Positions 1 through 8,567 of a stretch of DNA of 64,000 bases are shown one piece after another. A model generated the notes under the pieces. It ran no database searches and was not told the origin of the DNA. It saw nothing but the letters and a program-made list of their open reading frames with translations. How positions within the stretch are numbered: the first letter of the stretch is position 1; each line of letters starts with the position of its first letter. Location: the NCBI GenBank assembly GCA_964446535.1, contig CAYUOR010000002.1, positions 43,372-107,371 of the forward strand, given 5' to 3'. The position numbers and the translations under genes were made by a program. Origin of the DNA: an uncultured Candidatus Saccharibacteria bacterium (GTDB taxonomy: Bacteria; Patescibacteriota; Minisyncoccia; Phycocordibacterales; Zambryskibacteraceae).

Positions 1-330
1 CGCGGCGTGCGTGTTTCAACAGTTATGTCGGAGCTTCGAGGAGAAAAAATCGACATTATTGAATGGTCACCGGAGCCGGCCAAGTTTATAGAAGAAGCCC
101 TCTCCCCCGCCAAAATTCTTAATATAGAAATAAACGAAACCGAAAAGTCAGCCACCGTTAACGTCTCGGAAGATCAACAGTCTCTTGCTATCGGCAAGGG
201 TGGGCAGAATGTCAGACTCGCAGCCAAACTCACCGGTTGGAGAATTGACATACAATCCGCTAAAGGCGAAGAACTCGCCGTCGCCGAAGCGCAGGAGGAG
301 CCCACCAAGAAAGAGGAAAATAGTTTATAA
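1..330 (+). CDS. nusA: Transcription termination/antitermination factor NusA, C-terminal part (partial, runs off window start)
   Basis: KH-domain motif [20 protein letters not shown]; the ORF is open at the window start in frame 1. Confidence 0.8.
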   Translation, partial: RGVRVSTVMSELRGEKIDIIEWSPEPAKFIEEALSPAKILNIEINETEKSATVNVSEDQQSLAIGKGGQNVRLAAKLTGWRIDIQSAKGEELAVAEAQEEPTKKEENSL

Positions 331-340
331 TCTGTAGAAT

Positions 341-871
341 ATGAATTTGTGGCACGATCTTAGCCCCGGTACCAAAGACGAAATAAACGTTATCGTCGAG
401 ATAAATCGGGGCTCAAAAAATAAGTTTGAAGTAGATAAAGCAACCGGTCTTATAGCTCTCGATCGGGTGTTATATACGGCGCAAGACTTTCCGTTTGACT
501 ACGGCTTCGTGCCACAGACCCTGTGGCACGATGATGACCCGCTTGATGTCGTGCTTCTCACCACGCACCCGCTTTTACCTGGAGTACTGGTTCGGGCAAG
601 ACCGGTCGCCATTATGAATATGATTGATTCTGGCGAAGGCGACGACAAAATTATTGCCGTTCCCGCTGGTGATCCTCGTTGGGCGAATATTAAAGATCTT
701 AAGGATATTAACCCCCACACGCTTAAAGAAATTGAGCATTTTTACGCAACCTACAAAAAGCTTCAGAACAAAATTGTTGAAGTAAAGGGCTTTAAGGGAA
801 AGGCAGAGGCAGAAAAAGCTTTCGAAGAAGGCTCTCTTCTATATAAGAAGAAATATCAACAGGGCGCATAG
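341..871 (+). CDS. ppa: Inorganic pyrophosphatase
   Basis: family I PPase motifs DRVLYTAQDFPFDYGFVP and DDDPLDVVLL. Confidence 0.9.
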   Translation: MNLWHDLSPGTKDEINVIVEINRGSKNKFEVDKATGLIALDRVLYTAQDFPFDYGFVPQTLWHDDDPLDVVLLTTHPLLPGVLVRARPVAIMNMIDSGEGDDKIIAVPAGDPRWANIKDLKDINPHTLKEIEHFYATYKKLQNKIVEVKGFKGKAEAEKAFEEGSLLYKKKYQQGA

Positions 872-931
872 AAGGTTTGCTATAATTAAACTCTTCGGAA
901 ACGGGAGATATTAAGAGCTAAATTAACACTA

Positions 932-1606
932 ATGAATCTTAAGAAAATTGTTGGCGTGACTGTTTTGGTATTCGCTTTTTTACTTTCACCCGTGAGTCAA
1001 GTATTTGGAGTAGAAGCGGAGACTTCAGCCGGAGCGACAGTTACACCGATGAAGGCTCGCTCTCTTGAATTCAGGGCCGAGATGGAAGCAAAGCGATCTG
1101 CCGAGAGAGAAAAAATGGAAGAAAGACGCAACACGATGCAGGACAAACGGGCCTCGACAAGTGATCGAATGCAAGACAAACGAGATAATATGCAGGAGCG
1201 AAAAGCCTCAAGCACCGAGCGTCGAATAGAGTTTCAGCAAAATATAGCTAAACGACAAGTTGAACACGTCTCGAGGGTAATGCGCGCCACCATTGAGCGG
1301 CTTGAAAAGATAATTGTCCGTATCGAGTCTCGCATGGATAAAATCAAAGCAGAAGGAGGAGACACCTCTAGTAGTGAAGAGCATGTAGCTCTAGCTAAAG
1401 CGGATTTACAGGCCGCGGAACTGAAGATTGACGCATTCGTAAACATTGATCTTTCAAGCGATAAGGCCAAAGACAATTTTGAACGAGTTCGTTCTGCCGC
1501 TAAAGAAGTGAAAGATCTTATACATTCGGCGAGGGAGCATCTCTCAGATGCGGTAAGGTCAATTGTTCCCGCCAAAGCCAATGTAGAGGTTGAAGTATCG
1601 AATTAA
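932..1606 (+). CDS. Secreted coiled-coil protein with short internal repeats (hypothetical)
   Basis: N-terminal signal peptide; the remainder is highly charged and predicted coiled-coil, with the repeated unit MQDKR(A/D)..(E)R. Confidence 0.5.
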   Translation: MNLKKIVGVTVLVFAFLLSPVSQVFGVEAETSAGATVTPMKARSLEFRAEMEAKRSAEREKMEERRNTMQDKRASTSDRMQDKRDNMQERKASSTERRIEFQQNIAKRQVEHVSRVMRATIERLEKIIVRIESRMDKIKAEGGDTSSSEEHVALAKADLQAAELKIDAFVNIDLSSDKAKDNFERVRSAAKEVKDLIHSAREHLSDAVRSIVPAKANVEVEVSN

Positions 1607-1632
1607 AAGATATAACCGATAACGCATCAATT

Positions 1633-1899
1633 ATGGATGGAGAACAAAATAATCCGAATCAGGGAGGAGAAAAAAATGGTTCTGGTCTGAAAATAGCAGC
1701 CGCTGTTATCTTGGTAATCGTTGTGCTTGCCGGGCTTTATTTCTGGAGCCAGCGATCGGGTGACGAAGCGACGGAGGTTAAAGATGGGGCGGTAGAATCA
1801 ATTCTGGAGCAGAGTGATTCTGATGATGTCGATTCAATCGAAGCCGACCTAGAGTCAACCGACATCGACAACCTTGATGCCGAATTTAACGCCTCCTAA
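1633..1899 (+). CDS. Small membrane-anchored protein with acidic C-terminus (hypothetical)
   Basis: single hydrophobic helix LKIAAAVILVIVVLAGLYFW followed by a D/E-rich tail. Confidence 0.4.
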   Translation: MDGEQNNPNQGGEKNGSGLKIAAAVILVIVVLAGLYFWSQRSGDEATEVKDGAVESILEQSDSDDVDSIEADLESTDIDNLDAEFNAS

Positions 1900-1969
1900 G
1901 CACGAGCTTTTCTAAGGCCGAGAAGAGCCCCGAGTTGCACTCGCGGGCTCTTTCGTATACGCTAGTCGC

Positions 1970-2545
1970 ATGAGTTATCTTATTCCAACTGTTATTGAGA
2001 AAAGCCAATTCGGTGAAAGAGCTTACGACATATACTCGCGCCTATTGCGTGAAAGAATTGTTTTTTTGGGCGGACCGATTGATGATGCCGTTGCCAATAC
2101 GGTTATTGCCCAACTGCTTTTTCTCGAATCGGAGGATCCCAAAAAAGATATTTCTCTCTACATAAATTCTCCTGGGGGGCACGTTCACTCTGGTCTCGCT
2201 ATTATCGATACTATGAATCATGTAAAACCAGACATCTCAACGCTCTGTGTCGGCATGGCCGCTTCCATGGGTGCCCATATTCTTGCTGCTGGGAAAAAAG
2301 GCAAGCGCTTCACCCTCAGTAACTCACAAATTATGATTCACCAACCCCATGGTGGAGCCGAAGGTCAGGCATCCGACATCGAGATAAACGCGCGACAAAT
2401 TCTCAAACTTCGCGAAAATCTTAATAAAATGCTTGCTAAAAATACTGGGCAACCTCTCTCTAGGATAGAAAAGGATGTTGACAGAGACTTCTTTATGGAT
2501 GCCGAAGAAGCAAAAAAGTACGGCATTATAGACAAGATTCTTTAA
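1970..2545 (+). CDS. clpP: ATP-dependent Clp protease proteolytic subunit ClpP
   Basis: YINSPGG, catalytic Ser context GMAASMG, His context MIHQP, Asp context DRDFFM. Confidence 0.9.
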   Translation: MSYLIPTVIEKSQFGERAYDIYSRLLRERIVFLGGPIDDAVANTVIAQLLFLESEDPKKDISLYINSPGGHVHSGLAIIDTMNHVKPDISTLCVGMAASMGAHILAAGKKGKRFTLSNSQIMIHQPHGGAEGQASDIEINARQILKLRENLNKMLAKNTGQPLSRIEKDVDRDFFMDAEEAKKYGIIDKIL

Positions 2546-2651
2546 AAGTAGTAGACTAAATTTGTTCACATTTGAAAAGTTTCGCCCCAGGGCGAATGAA
2601 ACCGTTTCCGCTACAGAACTACAGTAACGACCGACTAACCCCAATACGTTT

Positions 2652-4181
2652 ATGTCCGTAAAACTTGCTTTATTGCTTGCATTGCTTGCCGCGTCGGCCG
2701 GTATCGGCTTCGGCTATTTCTTGCGCATTTTAATCTCCTTGGGCCGCAAGGGCTCTATGGAGCTCGACATAAAACAAATGGAGCTTGCCTCAAAGGAAGA
2801 GGCTCAACGCATTTTAGAGGTAGCGGAAACTCGTAGCAAAGAGATTCTAGAGAGGGCTCAAAGAGAATTTAGAGAACGCGAAGACAGAACCAAAAAGATC
2901 GAAGACAGACTGGTTAAAAAAGAGGAAGTTTTAGACAAACGCCAGTCGGATTTAGAACAGGAAGCCCTAAATGCCAAGAAAAAAGCCGCAGAATTAGCGG
3001 AGTTAAAAGTAAAAATAGAACAACTTGTAAAAGAACGCGAACATGAACTCGCGAAGGTGGCAGGATTGTCTCGGGTGGAAGCCAAGAAGGAACTCATGAA
3101 ACTAGTGGAAAAGGAAGCCGAAGAGGATATTCTCATTAGGACCAAAAAACTAGAAGCCGAAAGTAACGAGCGTTTGGAAAATCGTGCCAAGGAAATTCTC
3201 GCCACCGCCATCCAGAGACTCGCCGTCTCGACGGCAAGCAATTTAATGGGTACAACCATTACCCTACCCTCAGACGAGATAAAGGGAAAGATTATCGGTA
3301 AAGAAGGCAGGAATATTAAGGCCTTCGAACGGGCAACTGGCGTTGAAGTAATAGTTGATGACACGCCAAACTCTATCACCCTCTCTTCTTTTGACCCGGT
3401 TCGTCGAGCCATGGCCCGCTTGGCACTAGAAAATCTAATATCAGACGGACGAATTCAGCCTGCAAAAATTGAAGAATTTGTTGAAAAAGCCGACGAAGAA
3501 ATAAATAAAATTATTAAAGAAAAAGGAGAACAGGCAGCCATCGATTGCGGAGTCTACAACCTGGATCCGAAACTTATATCTCTACTTGGACGCCTGCACT
3601 TTCGCACGAGTTACGGTCAGAATGTTTTGGACCACTCTATTGAAATGGCGCACATTGCGGGCATCATAGCCAAGGAACTTGGCGTCGATGTCGCCACGGC
3701 CAAAGCCGGAGCTCTCCTACACGACATAGGCAAGGCGCTTGACCATGAGGTGGCCGGTACACACGTTGAAATCGGTAGAAAAATTTTGGACAAGTTCAAC
3801 GTGCCTAAGGCAGTAATCCAGGCCATGCAGTCACATCACGAAGAATATCCATACGAGACCATAGAATCGGTTATTGTTCAGACCGCGGACACTATTTCCG
3901 CCGGAAGACCAGGTGCTCGTCGCGATACGGCCGAACGCTATCTTAAGCGCCTTGAAGAACTTGAGGCGATAGCTCTTTCCTTCGAAGGAGTCGAGAAAGC
4001 CTATGCCCTATCAGCCGGGCGTGAAATTCGAGTTTTTGTTTTCCCCGACAAAGTTTCAGATCTCGAGGCCCAAAAGCTTGCAAGAAATATTGCCACAAGA
4101 ATCGAAAGTGAGCTTAAATATCCGGGAGAAATCAGGGTGAATGTCATAAGAGAGACCCGCTCCATAGAATTTGCTCGCTAA
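2652..4181 (+). CDS. rny: Ribonuclease Y
   Basis: N-terminal TM helix, coiled-coil, KH domain (GKEGRNIKAFERATG) and HD domain (LLHDIGK). Confidence 0.9.
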   Translation: MSVKLALLLALLAASAGIGFGYFLRILISLGRKGSMELDIKQMELASKEEAQRILEVAETRSKEILERAQREFREREDRTKKIEDRLVKKEEVLDKRQSDLEQEALNAKKKAAELAELKVKIEQLVKEREHELAKVAGLSRVEAKKELMKLVEKEAEEDILIRTKKLEAESNERLENRAKEILATAIQRLAVSTASNLMGTTITLPSDEIKGKIIGKEGRNIKAFERATGVEVIVDDTPNSITLSSFDPVRRAMARLALENLISDGRIQPAKIEEFVEKADEEINKIIKEKGEQAAIDCGVYNLDPKLISLLGRLHFRTSYGQNVLDHSIEMAHIAGIIAKELGVDVATAKAGALLHDIGKALDHEVAGTHVEIGRKILDKFNVPKAVIQAMQSHHEEYPYETIESVIVQTADTISAGRPGARRDTAERYLKRLEELEAIALSFEGVEKAYALSAGREIRVFVFPDKVSDLEAQKLARNIATRIESELKYPGEIRVNVIRETRSIEFAR

Positions 4182-4285
4182 TCGTCCATACGGGCGACCC
4201 GTAGCGCGCCTTGGCTGGTTATTATATAATTCTTGGCGAGTCCAAGGGTAGGTTATAAGTAAATTATTAGGTAAATTAGAGACTA

Positions 4286-4558
4286 ATGAATAAGGTAGAT
4301 ATTGCAAATGCAGTGCACGCGAAACTCGGCGGCACGAAGGTACAAGCCGAAGAAGTCGTAGACACAGTCATCGACTCAATCGTTTCGACCCTTAAGAAAG
4401 GGGGCGAAGTTTCAATTGCTGGTCTCGGGATCTTTTCAACCAAGGTTCGCGCCGCACGTCAGGCGAGAAATCCACGCACCGGCGCAACCATATCTGTTCC
4501 CTCCATGCGAGTACCGAAGTTTCGTCCAGCCAAGGGTCTTAAAGAGGCGGTTAAATAA
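4286..4558 (+). CDS. hup: DNA-binding protein HU
   Basis: HU/IHF signature GLGIFSTKVRAARQARNPRTG. Confidence 0.9.
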   Translation: MNKVDIANAVHAKLGGTKVQAEEVVDTVIDSIVSTLKKGGEVSIAGLGIFSTKVRAARQARNPRTGATISVPSMRVPKFRPAKGLKEAVK

Positions 4559-4574
4559 TTTCTCCTCTCGCCTC

Positions 4575-4606
4575 AAACAAAAATCCCGCTTTAAGCGGGA
4601 TTTTTC
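4575..4606. terminator. Bidirectional intrinsic terminator between hup and cca
   Basis: hairpin ATCCCGCTTTAAGCGGGAT flanked by an A-run upstream and a T-run downstream. Confidence 0.7.
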
Positions 4607-4617
4607 GTCATAATAAT

Positions 4618-6093
4618 TTATTCCACCCGATACTCGTCCCTGATCTTCTCTATCTCTTTTTCTTCTTCGGTTTGGTTTTTAGCACGAGCTTCCTGACCGA
4701 GGCGATCTAATTCTCCGGCTTCAAGGGTGTGTAACTCAAGCACTCTTTTTTCCAAATAAGTTTTATCGTTGAGTTTTGGATTTTCCAGCACTTCCGACAA
4801 AAGAATTTCGAGTATGAAACCGATTTTTGGACCAGGTCCGGAGCTTGTTAGTTTCATAATATCAGCACCATTGATTTGCAATTGTTTGACGGAAATCGGA
4901 TCACGTAAAACTTCTTCAATCATAGATTTATACTTACGTAAGCGGTACGGAGTCTCTTTTGGTCGGCCGGTGCCGACGCGATCCGAGGTGCGTAGACTAA
5001 TCAGGTCCCAAATTAGGTCTTTCCCCACGTTTCTTACTATTCGCCGGACGGCACTGGGTGTTATTTTTTCCGTATCAGAAAAAAACATGTGCCAGCGCAC
5101 AAGCTTAGTGGCCTTATCAACAGTTTCTTTTGGAAATTTCAAATTATCCATAATTTGTCTTGCCATTTTCGCCCCGACAACTTCGTGACCATAGAAGGTC
5201 CACTGATTATTTTTCCAGACCCGCGTATGCGGCTTAGCCACATCGTGAAGTAGGGCCGCCAAGCGAACATGGGGCGGAAAATTTTTCTTAGCGGCATGGT
5301 TAAGGGTGCGTAAAATATGTTCCCAGACGGTATAGGCGTGGGCTTGGTTTTGCTCCATACCTATTCCCTTCTCAAATTCTGGAGAAATAAATTTAAGCAC
5401 CCCAAGGCGGGCCGCCATATCTAGAGCCACCGCCGGCTCTTCAGAAAGAATAATTTTGATAAATTCGTCGCGAATACGTTCTCGCGATACGTGTGACAGG
5501 AGCTCTCTATTTTTAGCAATGGCGTTTTGTGTTTCAAGCTCAATGGCAAAGTTGAGCTCGCTTGCTAGACGAAGCGCTCGGAACATTCTGAGCGCATCTT
5601 CGCCGAAACGCTCTTCGGGCTTGCCTACCGTTCGAATGAGTTTCTTCGTTAGATCTTTCTCTCCACCGAAGGGATCAATCAGTGTTTCAGTTTTAATTTC
5701 ATACGCCATAGCGTTTATAGTAAAGTCGCGCCTAGCCAAATCTTCTTCAATAGTTTTTCCCCATCTGACACTATCTGGTCGACGAAAATCTGAGTAACCG
5801 GACTCGAGCCTAAAGGGAGTTATCTCTATTGTCCTTAGTGTCTCGTCTTGAGTTTCTTCGTTTACTACTCCGACTGTGCCAAACTCGTTTTCATAAAACG
5901 TTTTTGGAAAAATCTTTATGATTTCTTCCGGTGTTGCGCTGGTAGCAAGGTCCCAGTCCTTGGGCGTTCGACCAAGTATCAAGTCTCGAACACAACCGCC
6001 GACAAGAAAGTTCTCAAATCCGGCACGAGAAAGTTCTTCAGAGACCTCTCTTACTTCGTTCGGGATATTAAACAGATGTTTATCTTTCTTCAT
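4618..6093 (-). CDS. cca: CCA-adding tRNA nucleotidyltransferase / poly(A) polymerase family with HD domain
   Basis: polymerase-beta nucleotidyltransferase head GGCVRDLILGRTPKDWDLAT plus a C-terminal HD domain. Confidence 0.85.
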   Translation of the reverse strand: MKKDKHLFNIPNEVREVSEELSRAGFENFLVGGCVRDLILGRTPKDWDLATSATPEEIIKIFPKTFYENEFGTVGVVNEETQDETLRTIEITPFRLESGYSDFRRPDSVRWGKTIEEDLARRDFTINAMAYEIKTETLIDPFGGEKDLTKKLIRTVGKPEERFGEDALRMFRALRLASELNFAIELETQNAIAKNRELLSHVSRERIRDEFIKIILSEEPAVALDMAARLGVLKFISPEFEKGIGMEQNQAHAYTVWEHILRTLNHAAKKNFPPHVRLAALLHDVAKPHTRVWKNNQWTFYGHEVVGAKMARQIMDNLKFPKETVDKATKLVRWHMFFSDTEKITPSAVRRIVRNVGKDLIWDLISLRTSDRVGTGRPKETPYRLRKYKSMIEEVLRDPISVKQLQINGADIMKLTSSGPGPKIGFILEILLSEVLENPKLNDKTYLEKRVLELHTLEAGELDRLGQEARAKNQTEEEKEIEKIRDEYRVE

Positions 6094-6109
6094 TTGAGTT
6101 GAATTAGAT

Positions 6110-6184
6110 TGGTGCCCCCAGCAGGAATCGAACCCACATCACCTGTTCCGAAGACAGGCACTTTATCCATTAAGCTATGGGGGC
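6110..6184 (-). tRNA. tRNA-Arg (anticodon TCG)
   Basis: cloverleaf on the minus strand with anticodon stem CCTGT/ACAGG and loop CTTCGGA. The T-loop TTCGATT and a 3' CCA are encoded. The T-stem contains G-U pairs. Confidence 0.6.
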
Positions 6185-6212
6185 TAAAGTAATGTTACAA
6201 GGGATTTTCGAG

Positions 6213-6284
6213 TGCGACTAGGGAGAATCGAACTCCCATCTCGTCCTTGGCAAGGACGCATTCTACCACTAAACCATAGTCGCA
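6213..6284 (-). tRNA. tRNA-Gly (anticodon GCC)
   Basis: D-arm GTTTAGTGGTAGAAT, anticodon loop TTGCCAA, T-loop TTCGATT, acceptor GCGACTA/TAGTCGC. Confidence 0.7.
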
Positions 6285-6354
6285 GGTGAGAAAGATAATA
6301 ACGTATTAGGAGAAAAAAATCGAGATTTTGAAATGACTTTATCGCATGCTAGGA

Positions 6355-6380
6355 TAGACGCTTACGGGCTGTACGAGTAC
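6355..6380 (+). repeat. tRNA acceptor-stem minihelix repeat, copy 1 (CGGGCTG-TACGAGTACAT-CAGCCCGA)
   Basis: the 7-bp stem is identical to the acceptor stems of the downstream tRNA-Pro genes, and the 11-nt loop is near-identical to copy 2. Confidence 0.4.
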
Positions 6381-6391
6381 ATCAGCCCGAT

Positions 6392-6416
6392 CACTCAGAA
6401 TAAAAAGTTATGCCAG
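6392..6416. other. Perfect palindrome AAAAGTTATGC-CA-GCATAACTTTT (possible bidirectional terminator or protein site)
   Basis: 11-bp inverted arms with A-run/T-run flanks, located between the minihelix and tRNA-Pro. Confidence 0.4.
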
Positions 6417-6427
6417 CATAACTTTTG

Positions 6428-6498
6428 TCCTTCGTTACGGGCTGTAGTACAGCGGTAGTATACACGCTTCGGGAGTGTGAGACCCGAGTTCGATTCTC
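6428..6498 (+). tRNA. tRNA-Pro (anticodon CGG)
   Basis: acceptor CGGGCTG/CAGCCCG, anticodon stem CACGC/GTGTG, loop TTCGGGA, T-arm CCGAG-TTCGATT-CTCGG. Confidence 0.75.
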
Positions 6499-6522
6499 GG
6501 CAGCCCGATGCCAAGTTTGGAA

Positions 6523-6593
6523 AAAATCTAGTCGGGCCGTAGTATATCGGTAGTATGCATGCTTTGGGAGCATGAGGGCCGAGTTCGATTCTC
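6523..6593 (+). tRNA. tRNA-Pro (anticodon TGG)
   Basis: acceptor CGGGCCG/CGGCCCG, anticodon stem CATGC/GCATG, loop TTTGGGA. Confidence 0.8.
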
Positions 6594-6605
6594 GGCGGCC
6601 CGAAA

Positions 6606-6631
6606 GAAAAAATGTACGGGCTGTATGAATA
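6606..6631 (+). repeat. tRNA acceptor-stem minihelix repeat, copy 2 (CGGGCTG-TATGAATACAT-CAGCCCGA)
   Basis: same stem as copy 1 and as the tRNA-Pro acceptor stems. Confidence 0.4.
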
Positions 6632-6679
6632 CATCAGCCCGAGCGTTCGGAATGAATATCAAAGCTCGCTTTGCTATTA

Positions 6680-6750
6680 TTCCTCACTACGGGCTGTAGT
6701 ATAACGGTAGTATCTGCCCATGGGGTGGGTAAGGCCCGGGTTCAATTCCC
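6680..6750 (+). tRNA. tRNA-Pro (anticodon GGG)
   Basis: acceptor CGGGCTG/CAGCCCG, anticodon stem TGCCC/GGGTA, loop ATGGGGT, T-arm CCGGG-TTCAATT-CCCGG. Confidence 0.7.
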
Positions 6751-6755
6751 GGCAG

Positions 6756-6826
6756 CCCGAAAGAAGCGGGATTAGTTTAGTGGCAAAACGACAGTTTTCC
6801 AAACTGTAGTTGGGAGTTCGATTCTC
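6756..6826 (+). tRNA. tRNA-Gly (anticodon TCC)
   Basis: acceptor GCGGGAT/ATCCCGC, anticodon stem ACAGT/ACTGT, loop TTTCCAA, T-loop TTCGATT. Confidence 0.8.
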
Positions 6827-6846
6827 CCATCCCGCACTTTTTCCCT

Positions 6847-7257
6847 CTAAATAACGATATTTTCAAGTATTTCCGCTCGTGCGATTCTATTTTTCTCATC
6901 AATTTTGACCGTAATAAGATCAAGCTGCCATTCTGAGTCAATGTTTTTTTCTAAGAGATAACTTTGTATAGCTCGGTGAAGGCGCCTTATTTTCCAGTGG
7001 TGCATGTTATCTTCCGGCCTAAATTCACCCCTTCTAGTTTCATCAGAAACTTTTTTGTTTAAAGTTACACGAGAAACACTTTTTACTTCAATAAAGTGAA
7101 TAATTCCCTGTTTTTCAGCAACAATGTCTATTTCACCCCACTTTCTTAGGTAATTTCTATCTTTTATCTTAAATTCAAGTTTTTCTAAAAATCTACAAGC
7201 AATATTTTCTCCTATATCACCTAATTTACGTTTACTGGTTCTTTTATCTTCTTCCAT
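6847..7257 (-). CDS. yraN: UPF0102/YraN family endonuclease
   Basis: YraN signature GE.IA..FL...G..I...N........GEIDIVA. Confidence 0.8.
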   Translation of the reverse strand: MEEDKRTSKRKLGDIGENIACRFLEKLEFKIKDRNYLRKWGEIDIVAEKQGIIHFIEVKSVSRVTLNKKVSDETRRGEFRPEDNMHHWKIRRLHRAIQSYLLEKNIDSEWQLDLITVKIDEKNRIARAEILENIVI

Positions 7258-7418
7258 AACTATAAAAGTTTCATATGAAACATATAAGTCAAAAAATCAT
7301 CAAAATTAAGGACATTTGACCTATTATACATAAAAATATGTCTCTTAATACACATCATCCACACAATTATCCACAATTTCAAGCATTTTTTGAAATTCTG
7401 TATTAAGGACAAACAAAA

Positions 7419-7447
7419 ACCACCGCGGGTTTATGCGGTGGCTTGCC
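7419..7447 (-). terminator. Intrinsic terminator on minus strand (hairpin CCACCGCATAAACCCGCGGTGG followed by TTTTTGTTTG)
   Basis: 6-bp GC stem followed by a U-run on the minus strand, about 280 nt downstream of the xth stop. Confidence 0.5.
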
Positions 7448-7727
7448 ACGCCTGTATCGTGGCAGAAGGTAATTCCAGGGCAGTGTGTTGGGTGAACGGA
7501 CGCATTCAACCCAAAAAATAAAGTTGGCGGTTCGTCATCCTCACGCCGACACCAGAGACCAGAATTATCTTCCGGCAATTGGAACGGCCTTCCAAGAACC
7601 AATGCCAGGCTTCAAACCGCAATTAGAGAATAGCAGATGTCCACCAAGCGTCTAATGACATTCTACCCGATAAAGGACAAATATTAAATAAGAAAATGTG
7701 GATATCTTTGTCCTTTATTTTATGGCT

Positions 7728-8498
7728 CTATTTAAGGGTTAATTTTACTGGACAGTGATCAGAACCAAAAATATTGTCTAATATTTCTATTGATTTAATC
7801 TTCTCTAACATTTCCGGAGAAGCGAAAAAATAGTCTATTCTCCAACCGACATTTCGTTCCCTAGCAAATGTTTTCATATCCCAGTATGTATAAGCTTCTT
7901 TTTTGTCAGGAAAAAAGTGACGAAAAACATCCACCCAGCCATAAGAGACAAGTTTATCCACCCAGGCTCTCTCTATTGGTAGAAAGCCTACGTGAGCTTC
8001 ATTTTCCTTGGGCCTTGCTAGGTCTATGGGTTTATGAGCCACATTAACATCTCCACAAAACACGATATTTGGTTGTTTCTCGTGTAACTTATTTACAAAA
8101 TCTAGGAAATAGTCATAGAAATCAAGCTTATATCTAAGACGCTCAGGTGGACCACCTCCATTAGGAAAATACACGTTAATAAGTATAAAATCCTTATATT
8201 CAGCCACAATAAGACGCCCCTCCTCATCTAATTTCTTTATTTTCATGTCACGTGAAACGTTTTTTGGCTCTTCTTTAGAATAAATAGCCACCCCGCTATA
8301 ACCCTTCTTCTGGCTAGGGTAGTGGAAATATGAAAAATAACCCCCAGGTTTGCGCAACTCGTCTGTTAGTTGTTCCGGCAAAGCCTTTGTTTCCTGGAGG
8401 CAGAGAATGTCTGGTTTCATGTCAAACACTTTTTGCATATAGCCGTTTCTGTGTGTCGCCCGCAGCCCATTCACATTCCAGGTGATAAGAGTTTTCAT
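7728..8498 (-). CDS. xth: Exodeoxyribonuclease III (AP endonuclease family 1)
   Basis: MKTLITWNVNGLRA...LCLQETK and the C-terminal SDHCPV motif. Confidence 0.9.
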   Translation of the reverse strand: MKTLITWNVNGLRATHRNGYMQKVFDMKPDILCLQETKALPEQLTDELRKPGGYFSYFHYPSQKKGYSGVAIYSKEEPKNVSRDMKIKKLDEEGRLIVAEYKDFILINVYFPNGGGPPERLRYKLDFYDYFLDFVNKLHEKQPNIVFCGDVNVAHKPIDLARPKENEAHVGFLPIERAWVDKLVSYGWVDVFRHFFPDKKEAYTYWDMKTFARERNVGWRIDYFFASPEMLEKIKSIEILDNIFGSDHCPVKLTLK

Positions 8499-8567
8499 TC
8501 ATTCTCATTCTAGAACAAGTTGTGGGGATAACAAGTTTGCGAATGAAGTATTTTGGCTTAGAATCTA

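Noticed and set aside
2858-3412. 184-aa minus-strand ORF antisense to rny
   Set aside because: Mirror of the Lys/Glu-rich coiled-coil coding region of RNase Y. Spurious.
4416-4613. 65-aa ORF overlapping the 3' half of hup in another frame
   Set aside because: Out-of-frame overlap with a conserved HU gene. Runs into the terminator hairpin.
7345-7602. 85-aa minus-strand ORF in the xth-yraN intergenic region
   Set aside because: Runs through the intrinsic terminator at 7419-7447. Has no RBS and no homology. The region is more likely non-coding RNA or UTR.
7258-7727. Possible tmRNA / RNase P RNA / SRP RNA in the xth-yraN gap
   Set aside because: Tested for tmRNA ends (GGGG...UUCGAC; T-arm-CCACCA), the RNase P P4 motif (AGGAAAGUCC / ACAGAA.CCGGCUUA) and the SRP GGAAGCAGCC motif. 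None present. The 'tccacca' at 7640 lacks an adjacent T-arm. The genuine tmRNA is at 50434-50852.
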